From: Mayamaea pseudoterrestris
Lineage: Eukaryota
Assembly (NCBI GenBank): GCA_027923505.1
Contig: BROI01000001.1
Coordinates: forward strand, 1,550,001-1,614,000
Reading direction: 5' to 3'
Length of the DNA stretch: 64,000 nucleotides
Under the pieces are notes generated by a model that saw only the letters and a list, made by a program, of their open reading frames with translations, was not told where the DNA came from and made no database searches. Shown here in pieces: positions 1-9,164 of this stretch. Position 1 is the first letter of the stretch. Each line of letters opens with the position of its first letter. Both the position numbers and the translations under genes were made by a program.

Positions 1-2
1 TC

Positions 3-2264
3 TGGCGCTGGCCGGCAGCCTTTCAGAAGACGATCCGTGATGGCCTGCCGCCGAGGTTTATCGATAAACCACCAGCCAACAAGAAACCTCAGCGAGTACC
101 AAAGGATGCGGAGGAGTTGGCCCTGGTTGTCGCCAAAGTGAACAAGCTCCGGGCCAGAAAGTACATCGCGGTGGGAGAAGTGCGCTCGTTGATCAACATG
201 TTTCCCGTTCCTAAAGGAGAGTCCGACATCCGATTGGTTTTCGATGCGACAGCGAGTGGATTGAACGAGGTTTTGTTTGCTCCATGGTTTGCGCTCCCCA
301 CTGTCAGTCAGATGGTACGAACAGTTGCACCGCAATACTATTGCGCGGACAATGATTTTGGCGAGATGTTCTACAACTTTTGGCTGCACGAAGAGCTCCG
401 GCCCTACACTGGGATCGACCTGACCGGCCTTTGTCCAGATGAGCGAAGCATCAGGGGAGGGCGGATATGGGAGCATTTCACGCGACCCACTATGGGACTG
501 GGGCCTTCACCCTATCAAGCCGTCCAAGGAGCACTGCAATTCAAGGGGTTGGTACTGGGGCGAGGATCCGCGGAAGCGTCCGCGGACTCCAACGCTTTCC
601 ACTGGGTCAGTGTTGAGCTGAACGTCCCGGGGATGCTCGCCTATGACCCCGCGCAACCATGGATCTCCAAGCGCCGAAAGGATGGTCGAGTGGCAGTAGA
701 TATGCACTTGTTTGTTGATGACTCACGAACGACAGCACCAACGGAAGAGCTTGCTTGGCAGGGCGGCAGTAGGATCGCAAAGCTGGCCTCCTGGTATGGA
801 CTACAAGATGCAGCGCGCAAGAGAAGGCCGCCGAGTCAAACACCTGGCGCATGGTCGGGATCTGTGGTTTCAACCACAGAGGAAGGAGTCTTTGTGTCGG
901 TGTCAGTGGAGAGATGGGGCAAGACGAGAGCGGCGATCGCGTGGATCAAGGAGCAGCTAAGCCAGGATCCCAAGGCGATTGAGTTCAAGCAATTGGAGCG
1001 CATCCGCGGCTTTTTGGTTTACGTGGGACAAACCTACCGATCCTTGGTACCTTACCTCAAAGGCATCCACCTCACGCTTGACAGTTGGCGGGGAAACCGA
1101 GATGAAGAGGGCTGGCGGCACGGAGGAAGCAAGCGAGTGGAAGAGCAGCAGGAGGCCGCGGAAGCTCCTGCGGGCGAGGACGACGCATCCGCCCCGGCTC
1201 GTGTGCGAGTGGTAGCTAGGCTGGCGGAAGATGTGGAAGCCTTGCTTAAGCTTACCAACCATGCGACTCCACCGCTGGTGAGCGTCCGCCCCAGCCAGAG
1301 CGCCAGAGTCGTCATTGGATTTGGAGACGCATCCGGGAGCGGCTTTGGGATCTCTGAAGCAGACAACAAGGGAGACTATGAAGTAATCCAATACGTCTAC
1401 GGTGTGTGGGAAGAGCGCGTGAGCAACGAGTCATCTAACTTTCGAGAGTTGAACAACTTTGTGGTGAGGATCGAGTCGGGGCTCTCCAATGGAACCATTC
1501 AGCCCGGAACAGAGTTCTTCCTTTTCACGGACAACTTCGTGACTGAGCGTGCCTTCTACAAGGGTACAAGCAAAGCCAAAGTGCTCTTTGAACTGGTCCT
1601 GCGCTTGCGAACACTCGAGATGATTGGCAAGATCTTTCTTCACGTTATTTGGTGCTCCGGCAAGCGAATGATTGCTCAAGGGACAGATGGTCTCTCGCGG
1701 GGAGATTTAGCTAACGGAGTCCTTGTGGGCGAGTCGATGCTGGATTTCGTTCCGATACACTTGTCTCCTTTGGAACGCTCTCCCGAGCTTGAAAGGTGGA
1801 TCCGCAGCTGGTGTCCAAGGAACGCGTTGTTCCTCAAGGAAGCGGATTGGTTCGACTGCGCTCACACAGAGACGCGCCCCATGTTCTGGTTCCCAGCTCC
1901 CGCCTTGAGTGATGTAGCTCTGGAGCAACTGTGCGAGGCTTGGCACGCCAGGCCACACGTATTCCATTGCATTGTGGTGCCGAGCTTAATGACGAGTCGG
2001 TGGAGGAGGCAGATGCGGAAAGCGAGCGATGTGATGTTTACCATTCCCATCGGAGCGAGCTTCTGGAGAGAGGAGATGTTTGAATCGCTAACACTAGCCC
2101 TTGTTTGCCCTTTGCTTCCGGCAAGTCCATGGCAGGTACGACGAATGGACCTGGCACGAGACACTGAACGCAATTTGTCAGGTGTGTGGGAAGGAGCTGA
2201 AGGTGAGCGAGGGGCTCAGGTGCGCAAATTTTGGCTACAAGCGAAAGCAATGGCCGGATTGTAA
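3..2264 (+). CDS. Pol: reverse transcriptase + RNase H + degenerate methyltransferase-like C-terminus (5'-truncated by window edge)
   Basis: Frame is open from base 3 (WRWPAAFQKTIRDG...). RT motifs RLVFDAT, DNDFGEMFYNF, MGLGPSPY, LFVDD. RNase H motifs FGDASGSGFG, SNFRELNN, FTDN, DGLSRG. C-terminal WFPAPAL...CIVVPSLMTSRW. Confidence 0.92.
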   Translation, partial: WRWPAAFQKTIRDGLPPRFIDKPPANKKPQRVPKDAEELALVVAKVNKLRARKYIAVGEVRSLINMFPVPKGESDIRLVFDATASGLNEVLFAPWFALPTVSQMVRTVAPQYYCADNDFGEMFYNFWLHEELRPYTGIDLTGLCPDERSIRGGRIWEHFTRPTMGLGPSPYQAVQGALQFKGLVLGRGSAEASADSNAFHWVSVELNVPGMLAYDPAQPWISKRRKDGRVAVDMHLFVDDSRTTAPTEELAWQGGSRIAKLASWYGLQDAARKRRPPSQTPGAWSGSVVSTTEEGVFVSVSVERWGKTRAAIAWIKEQLSQDPKAIEFKQLERIRGFLVYVGQTYRSLVPYLKGIHLTLDSWRGNRDEEGWRHGGSKRVEEQQEAAEAPAGEDDASAPARVRVVARLAEDVEALLKLTNHATPPLVSVRPSQSARVVIGFGDASGSGFGISEADNKGDYEVIQYVYGVWEERVSNESSNFRELNNFVVRIESGLSNGTIQPGTEFFLFTDNFVTERAFYKGTSKAKVLFELVLRLRTLEMIGKIFLHVIWCSGKRMIAQGTDGLSRGDLANGVLVGESMLDFVPIHLSPLERSPELERWIRSWCPRNALFLKEADWFDCAHTETRPMFWFPAPALSDVALEQLCEAWHARPHVFHCIVVPSLMTSRWRRQMRKASDVMFTIPIGASFWREEMFESLTLALVCPLLPASPWQVRRMDLARDTERNLSGVWEGAEGERGAQVRKFWLQAKAMAGL

Positions 2265-3642
2265 GGGTCTGTGGCATTTCCGATGCTACGAGGCAAGTGA
2301 CACGGATCAGTACCCCAGGCAGCGATCTCCAGGCGAAGAAGGAGGGTTTGAGGACGAGGAGTTGAAGGAAGCGGCGAGATTCCAAGTGGCTAGGCGCGGG
2401 GATCATCTACTGTGCCCTTTTCAGTGTGATCTTTGTCACTTTCGGAATATGAGGAGTAGTGAACCCATGGTGGAAAGGAGAGAGGATCAAGAACTGCTTA
2501 CCGCAGTACGGCGAGCAATCCTAGATGCATTCTGGTCGAGAGAACGATCCACTGTGGAATCAAATTGGCGAGAACGAAATCATATAGCCAAGGCAATGAA
2601 GACGTTTGGATTCATCAGCGAGCCCGAGCAGGCGGACAAGCAACCGTATCCAGTGCGAGATACCTGGGGCATGTTTCAAGCGGTAACTTTGCTCCACAGA
2701 TCCTTGGATGAAGGAAAGAACTCAGATACTATCCAGTTTGGAACAATGCGGCGTTTGCGAACCCATTTCACCAACGTGGCATTGACAAAGCCCGATGGTG
2801 TGACTCTGACGACCATTACGGGAATGCAAGGAGCACAGCACTTTAGCGACAGCCCGACGCACTCCTACTGGTTCAAGCGCTTTCTGGAAGGGTGTCACAA
2901 GCGCATGGGTGACAACGTGCAGCCCGATCGAGCGGTGACAATCGATATGATGTTGAAGCTGCAGGAGTTGCTTGAGCGAGACTGGATAGGAGCGAGTGTC
3001 AGTGAGAAGCTTGATGTGTGTCTGCTGGCGGGGTTTCTTCTCGCGGGGTTCGCAGGTGGACTGCGAGGAGAAGAAGTACCCAAGATTGAGCTTGAAGGAA
3101 CAATGGCTCATCTTGATGAAAGCTTGTCACATCCTCGACACCGCCATTTTACACTTGCATTGCAGGGGCGCGTGAAGGGTGAGCGAGGCGAGCGATGCCA
3201 CCTGTTGCCGCTGGCACTGGAGACTCATTCGGGGCTGAATGTGGGTCTGTGGTTTTGTCGGATCCTGGACGAGTATACTGCGCGAGGAATCGTCCGTGGG
3301 CCAGTGTTTCGAGCTGAAAGGCAGGGCAAGGCGTGTCGAGGATGTGTCGCTGACTTTAATCCAAGATTTCACGAGTACTTGCGGGAAGTACAGGGGCAGT
3401 GGCCAGAAGTTATAAGCTCGGCGGTAGACGTAACGGAGTTTGGCTTGTTGAGGTCCTTGCGCCGAGGATCGACAGCACAAGCGCGCAATCGAGGAGTCAA
3501 GGATAGCGTGATTGAGAGCAACAATCGATGGAGGAAGGTAGAACGGGCCAAAGGAAGGCAAGTCAAGGTTGGAATGATGGAACACTATTCTGACGTTGCG
3601 GCATCCATTGAGACCCTGTTGATCTATTCGGCGTCGTTGTAG
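2098..3642 (+). CDS. Tyrosine recombinase with N-terminal Cys/His zinc finger
   Basis: YR catalytic residues in order: GLRGEE (R), VKGE (K), RSLRRG (H/R-x-x-R box), NRW, MEHY (Y). Open from 2098, overlaps pol by ~165 nt in the +1 frame, first ATG only at 2449. Confidence 0.9.
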   Translation, partial: PLFALCFRQVHGRYDEWTWHETLNAICQVCGKELKVSEGLRCANFGYKRKQWPDCKGLWHFRCYEASDTDQYPRQRSPGEEGGFEDEELKEAARFQVARRGDHLLCPFQCDLCHFRNMRSSEPMVERREDQELLTAVRRAILDAFWSRERSTVESNWRERNHIAKAMKTFGFISEPEQADKQPYPVRDTWGMFQAVTLLHRSLDEGKNSDTIQFGTMRRLRTHFTNVALTKPDGVTLTTITGMQGAQHFSDSPTHSYWFKRFLEGCHKRMGDNVQPDRAVTIDMMLKLQELLERDWIGASVSEKLDVCLLAGFLLAGFAGGLRGEEVPKIELEGTMAHLDESLSHPRHRHFTLALQGRVKGERGERCHLLPLALETHSGLNVGLWFCRILDEYTARGIVRGPVFRAERQGKACRGCVADFNPRFHEYLREVQGQWPEVISSAVDVTEFGLLRSLRRGSTAQARNRGVKDSVIESNNRWRKVERAKGRQVKVGMMEHYSDVAASIETLLIYSASL

Positions 3643-3731
3643 CAGCAGCCCTGTTGACAACGCAGGAGCTGTGGGACTAATACACGATCACAAGCGACGC
3701 CGGATAGAGTGGAAAGCAGAGACCGAGGGGG

Positions 3732-4219
3732 GCAGGAAAGCGGAGCTTTCTAATTTATATGGAAGGCTCTGACCCGCTTCTTTTAATTCAGACCGCTGGG
3801 GGAACGGCAGTGCTTACATCTTCGCGTCAGTGCACTCTGTGGGGCAGCCACAGTTTGTAAATGATCCTCCCTGGCTTGTCCGTTCGTGCGGCCATAGGCT
3901 TGGCATTCTTAACACCAAAGAGCCAAGGATGAAGCGTTGAGTTCCTGACCGGATTCGCCAGGGGAAAGAAGCCACTACAGAGTGGTCTAAGGAGGGGGCT
4001 CACAGTAGGAATCCCAGCCGGGCTCTGGCGAAGAGTTCGCAAGGTGGAATCCTACTGGGCGCTTCAAATGCGAGGCGGACCCGGAAGTGAACTTAACCCC
4101 AAACTAGGTGCAAAAGCACTAGTGGTCTTTGTTATATGTTATTGAGGAGTCGTTTCGTCTTTTAGAGATATGAGAGTGTAGTTCGATCAAGGAGTCTAGA
4201 CAGAGTGAGCTGAAGTACC
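3732..4219 (+). repeat. Split direct repeat B1 (488 bp)
   Basis: Matches 4480-4967 at offset 748 with no differences seen by eye; both copies run GCAGGAAAGCGG...GCTGAAGTACC. Confidence 0.95.
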
Positions 4220-4479
4220 ACGACAAGCACACAAGCCAAGCTGGTATGGAACGAACACTGGACAGACGGATTGAAAGGGCTACCACTCGATTACCAACGG
4301 ACTTGCAATCTGGAGCAAATTGATGGCATTGGCAATTGAGGCCATCCAATTTGCAAGGAGACGAGAAACGATCAGTTGTTGCAAGGAAGGCTCGAACGTT
4401 GTCGACCCAGGAACCAAAAGAGATCTCTCTTGGGAGCAGCATAAAGGCTTTACTTGTTTAAATTTCCCACCCACCCACC
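4220..4479 (+). repeat. Putative A2 repeat (260 bp) between B1 and B2
   Basis: Occupies the A2 slot of the A1-ORFs-B1-A2-B2 layout; the expected A1 partner would lie upstream of the window. Confidence 0.6.
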
Positions 4480-4967
4480 GCAGGAAAGCGGAGCTTTCTA
4501 ATTTATATGGAAGGCTCTGACCCGCTTCTTTTAATTCAGACCGCTGGGGGAACGGCAGTGCTTACATCTTCGCGTCAGTGCACTCTGTGGGGCAGCCACA
4601 GTTTGTAAATGATCCTCCCTGGCTTGTCCGTTCGTGCGGCCATAGGCTTGGCATTCTTAACACCAAAGAGCCAAGGATGAAGCGTTGAGTTCCTGACCGG
4701 ATTCGCCAGGGGAAAGAAGCCACTACAGAGTGGTCTAAGGAGGGGGCTCACAGTAGGAATCCCAGCCGGGCTCTGGCGAAGAGTTCGCAAGGTGGAATCC
4801 TACTGGGCGCTTCAAATGCGAGGCGGACCCGGAAGTGAACTTAACCCCAAACTAGGTGCAAAAGCACTAGTGGTCTTTGTTATATGTTATTGAGGAGTCG
4901 TTTCGTCTTTTAGAGATATGAGAGTGTAGTTCGATCAAGGAGTCTAGACAGAGTGAGCTGAAGTACC
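4480..4967 (+). repeat. Split direct repeat B2, 3' terminus of element
   Basis: Second copy of B; similarity stops abruptly after GAAGTACC at 4967. Confidence 0.95.
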
Positions 4968-5381
4968 GATCCGAGGTCATTGCATCCGCTGAGCTGTCTC
5001 CATTAGATATGCATGACATTTACCAATGCAGTCATTTGTGGTTTGATTCGTCTGCAAGGCAATACCCACGAATGACTCTGCTCGTGCTATGCATTTTTCA
5101 ATGAACACGTAATTCAGCCGCGATGAAGGGATTAAAGTCACCTACTGTAAAACTACGCGTTTGTTACGAAGATACGCAAAAGTATCTTGACTCAAACCAG
5201 TGCTTGCAAGCTTATTTAGCTTGCGACGGAAGATTGACCAAGAGATTCTGCGTAAGTAAGCGAAAATCACTTACGAGGAACGCACACGTGTAATACAAGC
5301 TACGAGTGTTAGGCACTATCACAAACATACATTACAATGTCAATAACTATTTACATTACATTAAGAAGGCTCATAGTGCGC

Positions 5382-6548
5382 TTAAAGCGGCGTCGAAAGT
5401 TCCGACGAGCTTCCGCTGAAAATAGCCATTCGATCCTTGATACTCATGCGCGGCGAGCTTCGAACACTCTCCAGTTCCTGCTGCAAGCGATTGCATGTCT
5501 TTTCTGCTGCAGTGGCCGCGTTTCCGTTGCTCCGCCGACTATTGGCAATGGCGCGTTGCTGAGACTCCCAAGAAGGCATGACCCGGTCGGAGCTTTTGAT
5601 GCGCTGGACGCGCCGCATGCGAGATTCGCGCTTCTCTCCAAACCCGCTATCAAAGTTGGCGTAACGTTCATCCTTGTTTAAGCTGGACGTCTTGTTCGTG
5701 TGTTTGTAGCGACGAACGTCAGCAGGTGCAGTGTGAACGGAAAGGTTCAAGTCGTTGACGACCAAGTTGCTGCTGCAACTCTCCACTGGAGTGGCATTCA
5801 CATGCAACTCCTCCTCCTTGATAATCTTGGCGCCATCCTTTTTGCGTCGACTATTCGCAATGGCCCGCTGCTGCGACTCTAGCGACGGCATGACACGGTC
5901 GGAACTGTTGATGCGCTGCACCCGGCGCATGCGCGACTCGCGCTTCTCGCCGAAACCACTGTCAAAGTTGGCGTACCGGTCGTTCCTGTCGATTGGCTTC
6001 TTGGGACTGCGCGAAACGCAAGCGGGCGCCGTGTGAACGGAAATGTTCAACTCATTATTGTTGTTGTAGGTGCCATGAAGCTTTCGTGTCGGCGAACGTG
6101 TCGTTGGCAAGGGATCAGAGTCGCTCAATTCATCCGTGTGTTCGGTTTCCGTAATGTCCTCCAGCTCCAATCGCTTCAGCGAATCTTCAAAGTTCTTCTT
6201 GTCTTGGACAATCACTGGAGGAGCGATTGGCTCAACGTTCTTTTTGGGTGATTTCTTAGCGGAAGACTCCTTCTTCTTCTTGCTTGAATCATCATGCTGC
6301 TGCTTCTTTGGAGACTTGAGCTGCTTATTGACAATCTGCTGACTCTGCTTACGCTGACTGCTGCAAAAGGCGGGAGGAGCTTCCGACATATCCGATCCCC
6401 GACGCGTGGGTCGCTGCGGAGCAATCGAAGTCTTGTCGCTCCGTCGTAAACCAAAGGTGCCGACGGCGCGAGGATCGTCTCCAGTTTCGCAGGCGGTGCT
6501 CCAGCGATTGTCCGTGGCGTTGTGCGACATGACAGCAGTTGATGGCAT
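5382..6548 (-). CDS. Disordered Ser/Lys/Arg-rich hypothetical protein with an internal duplicated module
   Basis: ~388-aa ORF from ATG 6548; two copies of LNxSVHTAPA...RYANFDSGFGEKRESRMRRVQRIxSSDRVMPSxESQQRAIANSRR. Confidence 0.75.
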   Translation of the reverse strand: MPSTAVMSHNATDNRWSTACETGDDPRAVGTFGLRRSDKTSIAPQRPTRRGSDMSEAPPAFCSSQRKQSQQIVNKQLKSPKKQQHDDSSKKKKESSAKKSPKKNVEPIAPPVIVQDKKNFEDSLKRLELEDITETEHTDELSDSDPLPTTRSPTRKLHGTYNNNNELNISVHTAPACVSRSPKKPIDRNDRYANFDSGFGEKRESRMRRVQRINSSDRVMPSLESQQRAIANSRRKKDGAKIIKEEELHVNATPVESCSSNLVVNDLNLSVHTAPADVRRYKHTNKTSSLNKDERYANFDSGFGEKRESRMRRVQRIKSSDRVMPSWESQQRAIANSRRSNGNAATAAEKTCNRLQQELESVRSSPRMSIKDRMAIFSGSSSELSTPL

Positions 6549-7089
6549 GATTGATGGCAAAGGATTGAGTCAGTGAGGTAGCTGCAGAATTTTTGGCTAA
6601 CTAGGTCTTGTTGTGATTGAGAATGAACTATGGCCAAGTGCGGAGGCGAACATACCCAGTCGCTCGACGATGAACCAGTGAGCATGACAAAAACGGGACG
6701 GAGTCGCGCGCCATCGGAGTCATTCTTGGTCACAAGGCTTATTTACAACTGACACGACAACGGAGTATTGTTAGTCACAGGTGTAAATGATATTTAAATC
6801 AGAATGAAATGTCTGTGGGCAATACTATAGTGGGACCGGCTCGCTCGATGCAAAGAGGCTCCGCACAAAATCACCGTCGCCAAGGATCAAACGCCACTAA
6901 AACGCGCGATTGATTATAAAAGCATCTACCGTAGCAATTACTTTTAGTGGAAGAAAAGCGATAAAGTCAATAGAATCCGGCCAGGTTTACTAGCCGTATG
7001 ACGCCCTCTACGATGCCCTCTACGGTGTTGATGCTGCAAATATAATTTGCGACGGCAGACATGAAACTCGCGCTCGCGCTTAAACGATG

Positions 7090-8838
7090 CTACAGACTCT
7101 CACGCATTGACGCTCGCCGACTCGACGCAGCTTGCCGTTTGACGTCAAATCGATCAACTTTGGAAGGCGACCATTGATGCTTTTGCGAATCTGTCGCAGC
7201 AATCATTGCCTCGATGCGGCGATGCAAGTCGCGATTGTCCCTGTCGTGCAGTTTGATTAATTCGGCAAACTCGTAGACACGTCGTTCAAAGCGCGTGCGG
7301 TTCAAATGATCAACTTGAGCTTTCAAGGTGTTTTGCTCGACTTGCTCCTCCAGCTCGCGCACCTCCTTTTCGTATTGCTCGTCCATGGTTTTTAACTTGT
7401 CGTGCTCCTCGGAAACGCGCTTGTGGTGAGCATCCAGTCGCTTCTTGTAGTCGTCCAGTTCGACAGTCTTTTCCTCCAGTCGCGCATTGTTGATGCGAAG
7501 GTTTTGACAATTGGTTCGCATGGTTTGATTGTGTTCGCGAATTTGGGCATTCTCGCGTCGAAGTAGATCAGCCGCTCGTTGGTTGCTTTCAATATCAGAT
7601 GGACTGGGCATTAAGGCACCATTCATTTGCTGGTACTCGGTGCTAAACTCGGCCTTGAGCTTGCGCATGGTTTTGGAGCGGTTCTTTTCAATGGCGGCAA
7701 GCTCCGAATGCATTCCTTCCTCGGCTGCTGTGAGTTGAGCCTCCAATTGTTTTATGCGCAGCAAGTCCTCCTTCATTGTGTTGACAATCTTTGGTATAAA
7801 CGGCTTTTGCTTCACGTAGTCACTCAGGCGTCGTGTTGGACGATTGCTGCCGAGTGGAGCCACCTCGCGGTTATGTGGCGAAGAAATTGCAACCGGACTG
7901 CGCAGGGACGAGCGTCCGCGATGAGTTGGCGACGACTGCGACGGGCTCAGCGGATCAAAGCAATCAATGTTTTCTGCCGTCACGTTTGATTGACGAGAGT
8001 CCGACATGACCGAAGAAGGCGACGCCATCGCAGTCAATTTGCTCTTGCTGCTGCTCTTGCCGACGGGACTCGTAACGGGCGATGCAAGTATGTTGCTGCT
8101 TCCGTTGCGCTTCATCTTCTTATCCTTATCCTTCGATTCAGACTTTTTAGTCTTTTTTGACTTCTTTTCCGACGTACGTTTCTTCTGCTTCCGCAAACTA
8201 ACATCCTCGCCACTGTCGTTCGAGTCAAGCTCCACCAGAGTAAAAGTATTTTCGACATTGACATGGCGATACCGTGGTGTCCGCACGCAGGACTGTGGCG
8301 AGTCGTACTGAAACTGCGAAAGGCTTGCGACGCTCGTATCTAAATGATCTTGCACTGAAACGTCATTGTCATCATCATCGTCCACATCGAGCGAAAGGTA
8401 GCTCCTACTTATTGAAGATGCATCCGGTCTGGGAGTTGGTGATAGTCGCTGCAATTCATCGTCAAGCGAAAGACTGCTGCTGTTGCTGCCGTCCAGATCG
8501 TTCTTTTTTGTTTTCCGTCGCGACCCTTTCGAGGAACTCGATGATCGCCGGGACGATGATCTACTTCCGGTACTTACAGCTGACAAAGGCGATTGCTCCT
8601 GCCGTCCCGATGCACTCAATCGCCGCTTGGTATCCGGACTTGTCGGATGATGCGCCAGCAACATTGTCAAGTCATTGTTGCTGCCACTGGCTTGAAAGTT
8701 CTTGCCGAGGCGACCAAGAAAGCCTCCTCCAGGAGAGTTGGGGCTGTCGGGTGCTGACTCGAATTGTTCTTGCTGAAGTTTGTTGGCAATGAGAGACGAG
8801 GATGTTTGATGGGAGCGACTGCGAGCAATAAATGTCAT
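7090..8838 (-). CDS. Hypothetical protein, disordered N-terminus + C-terminal coiled coil
   Basis: 582-aa ORF; Ser/Lys-rich N-half, heptad-rich C-terminal region (LRRENAQIREHN...YEKEVRELEEQVE). Confidence 0.8.
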   Translation of the reverse strand: MTFIARSRSHQTSSSLIANKLQQEQFESAPDSPNSPGGGFLGRLGKNFQASGSNNDLTMLLAHHPTSPDTKRRLSASGRQEQSPLSAVSTGSRSSSRRSSSSSKGSRRKTKKNDLDGSNSSSLSLDDELQRLSPTPRPDASSISRSYLSLDVDDDDDNDVSVQDHLDTSVASLSQFQYDSPQSCVRTPRYRHVNVENTFTLVELDSNDSGEDVSLRKQKKRTSEKKSKKTKKSESKDKDKKMKRNGSSNILASPVTSPVGKSSSKSKLTAMASPSSVMSDSRQSNVTAENIDCFDPLSPSQSSPTHRGRSSLRSPVAISSPHNREVAPLGSNRPTRRLSDYVKQKPFIPKIVNTMKEDLLRIKQLEAQLTAAEEGMHSELAAIEKNRSKTMRKLKAEFSTEYQQMNGALMPSPSDIESNQRAADLLRRENAQIREHNQTMRTNCQNLRINNARLEEKTVELDDYKKRLDAHHKRVSEEHDKLKTMDEQYEKEVRELEEQVEQNTLKAQVDHLNRTRFERRVYEFAELIKLHDRDNRDLHRRIEAMIAATDSQKHQWSPSKVDRFDVKRQAASSRRASMRESL

Positions 8839-9164
8839 CTTTGGTAGGAGGCTGAATAGGAGATCGTCTATAGAGGCAGCTTCTCTCGTCAGTGATTCTA
8901 TCTACTATCGTATACCGTGAAGGAGAGCTTAAGAAATGAATGAAGGGGATGGCTTGTCGTCGTGGCAAGACTGACGAGTTTGCGATGCAAGCTTGCGAAG
9001 AATCGGATGGACATTTGAATGACGTCACGGTCATTCAAGTCGTTCATGCACGACCGGATTTAAAAACGGTGCGACATGAGAATCCTCGATGGATCCATGC
9101 GTTTTTGTTCCTGATCGAAGAACAGAATATTCATCCTCAAAGAAGTGCTTTCTATACATCTACC

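Larger units (their letters stand above)
1..4967 (+). mobile_element. Tyrosine-recombinase retrotransposon (DIRS order, split-direct-repeat PAT/Ngaro-like), 5' part outside the window
   Basis: RT-RNase H ORF overlaps a YR ORF, followed by repeat B1 (3732-4219), unique segment A2 (4220-4479) and identical B2 (4480-4967). No LTR integrase is present. Confidence 0.92.

Noticed and set aside
4092..4103. TTAACCCC telomere-like word in the B repeat
   Set aside because: Single short occurrence per repeat, not an array.
3827..4790. Two identical 71-aa minus-strand ORFs (3827-4042, 4575-4790)
   Set aside because: By-product of the B repeat duplication; TTG start and no coding features.
6999..7026. 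Short direct repeat GA(C/T)GCCCTCTAC x2
   Set aside because: Two 12-nt copies in a 3' flank; probably slippage with no further structure.
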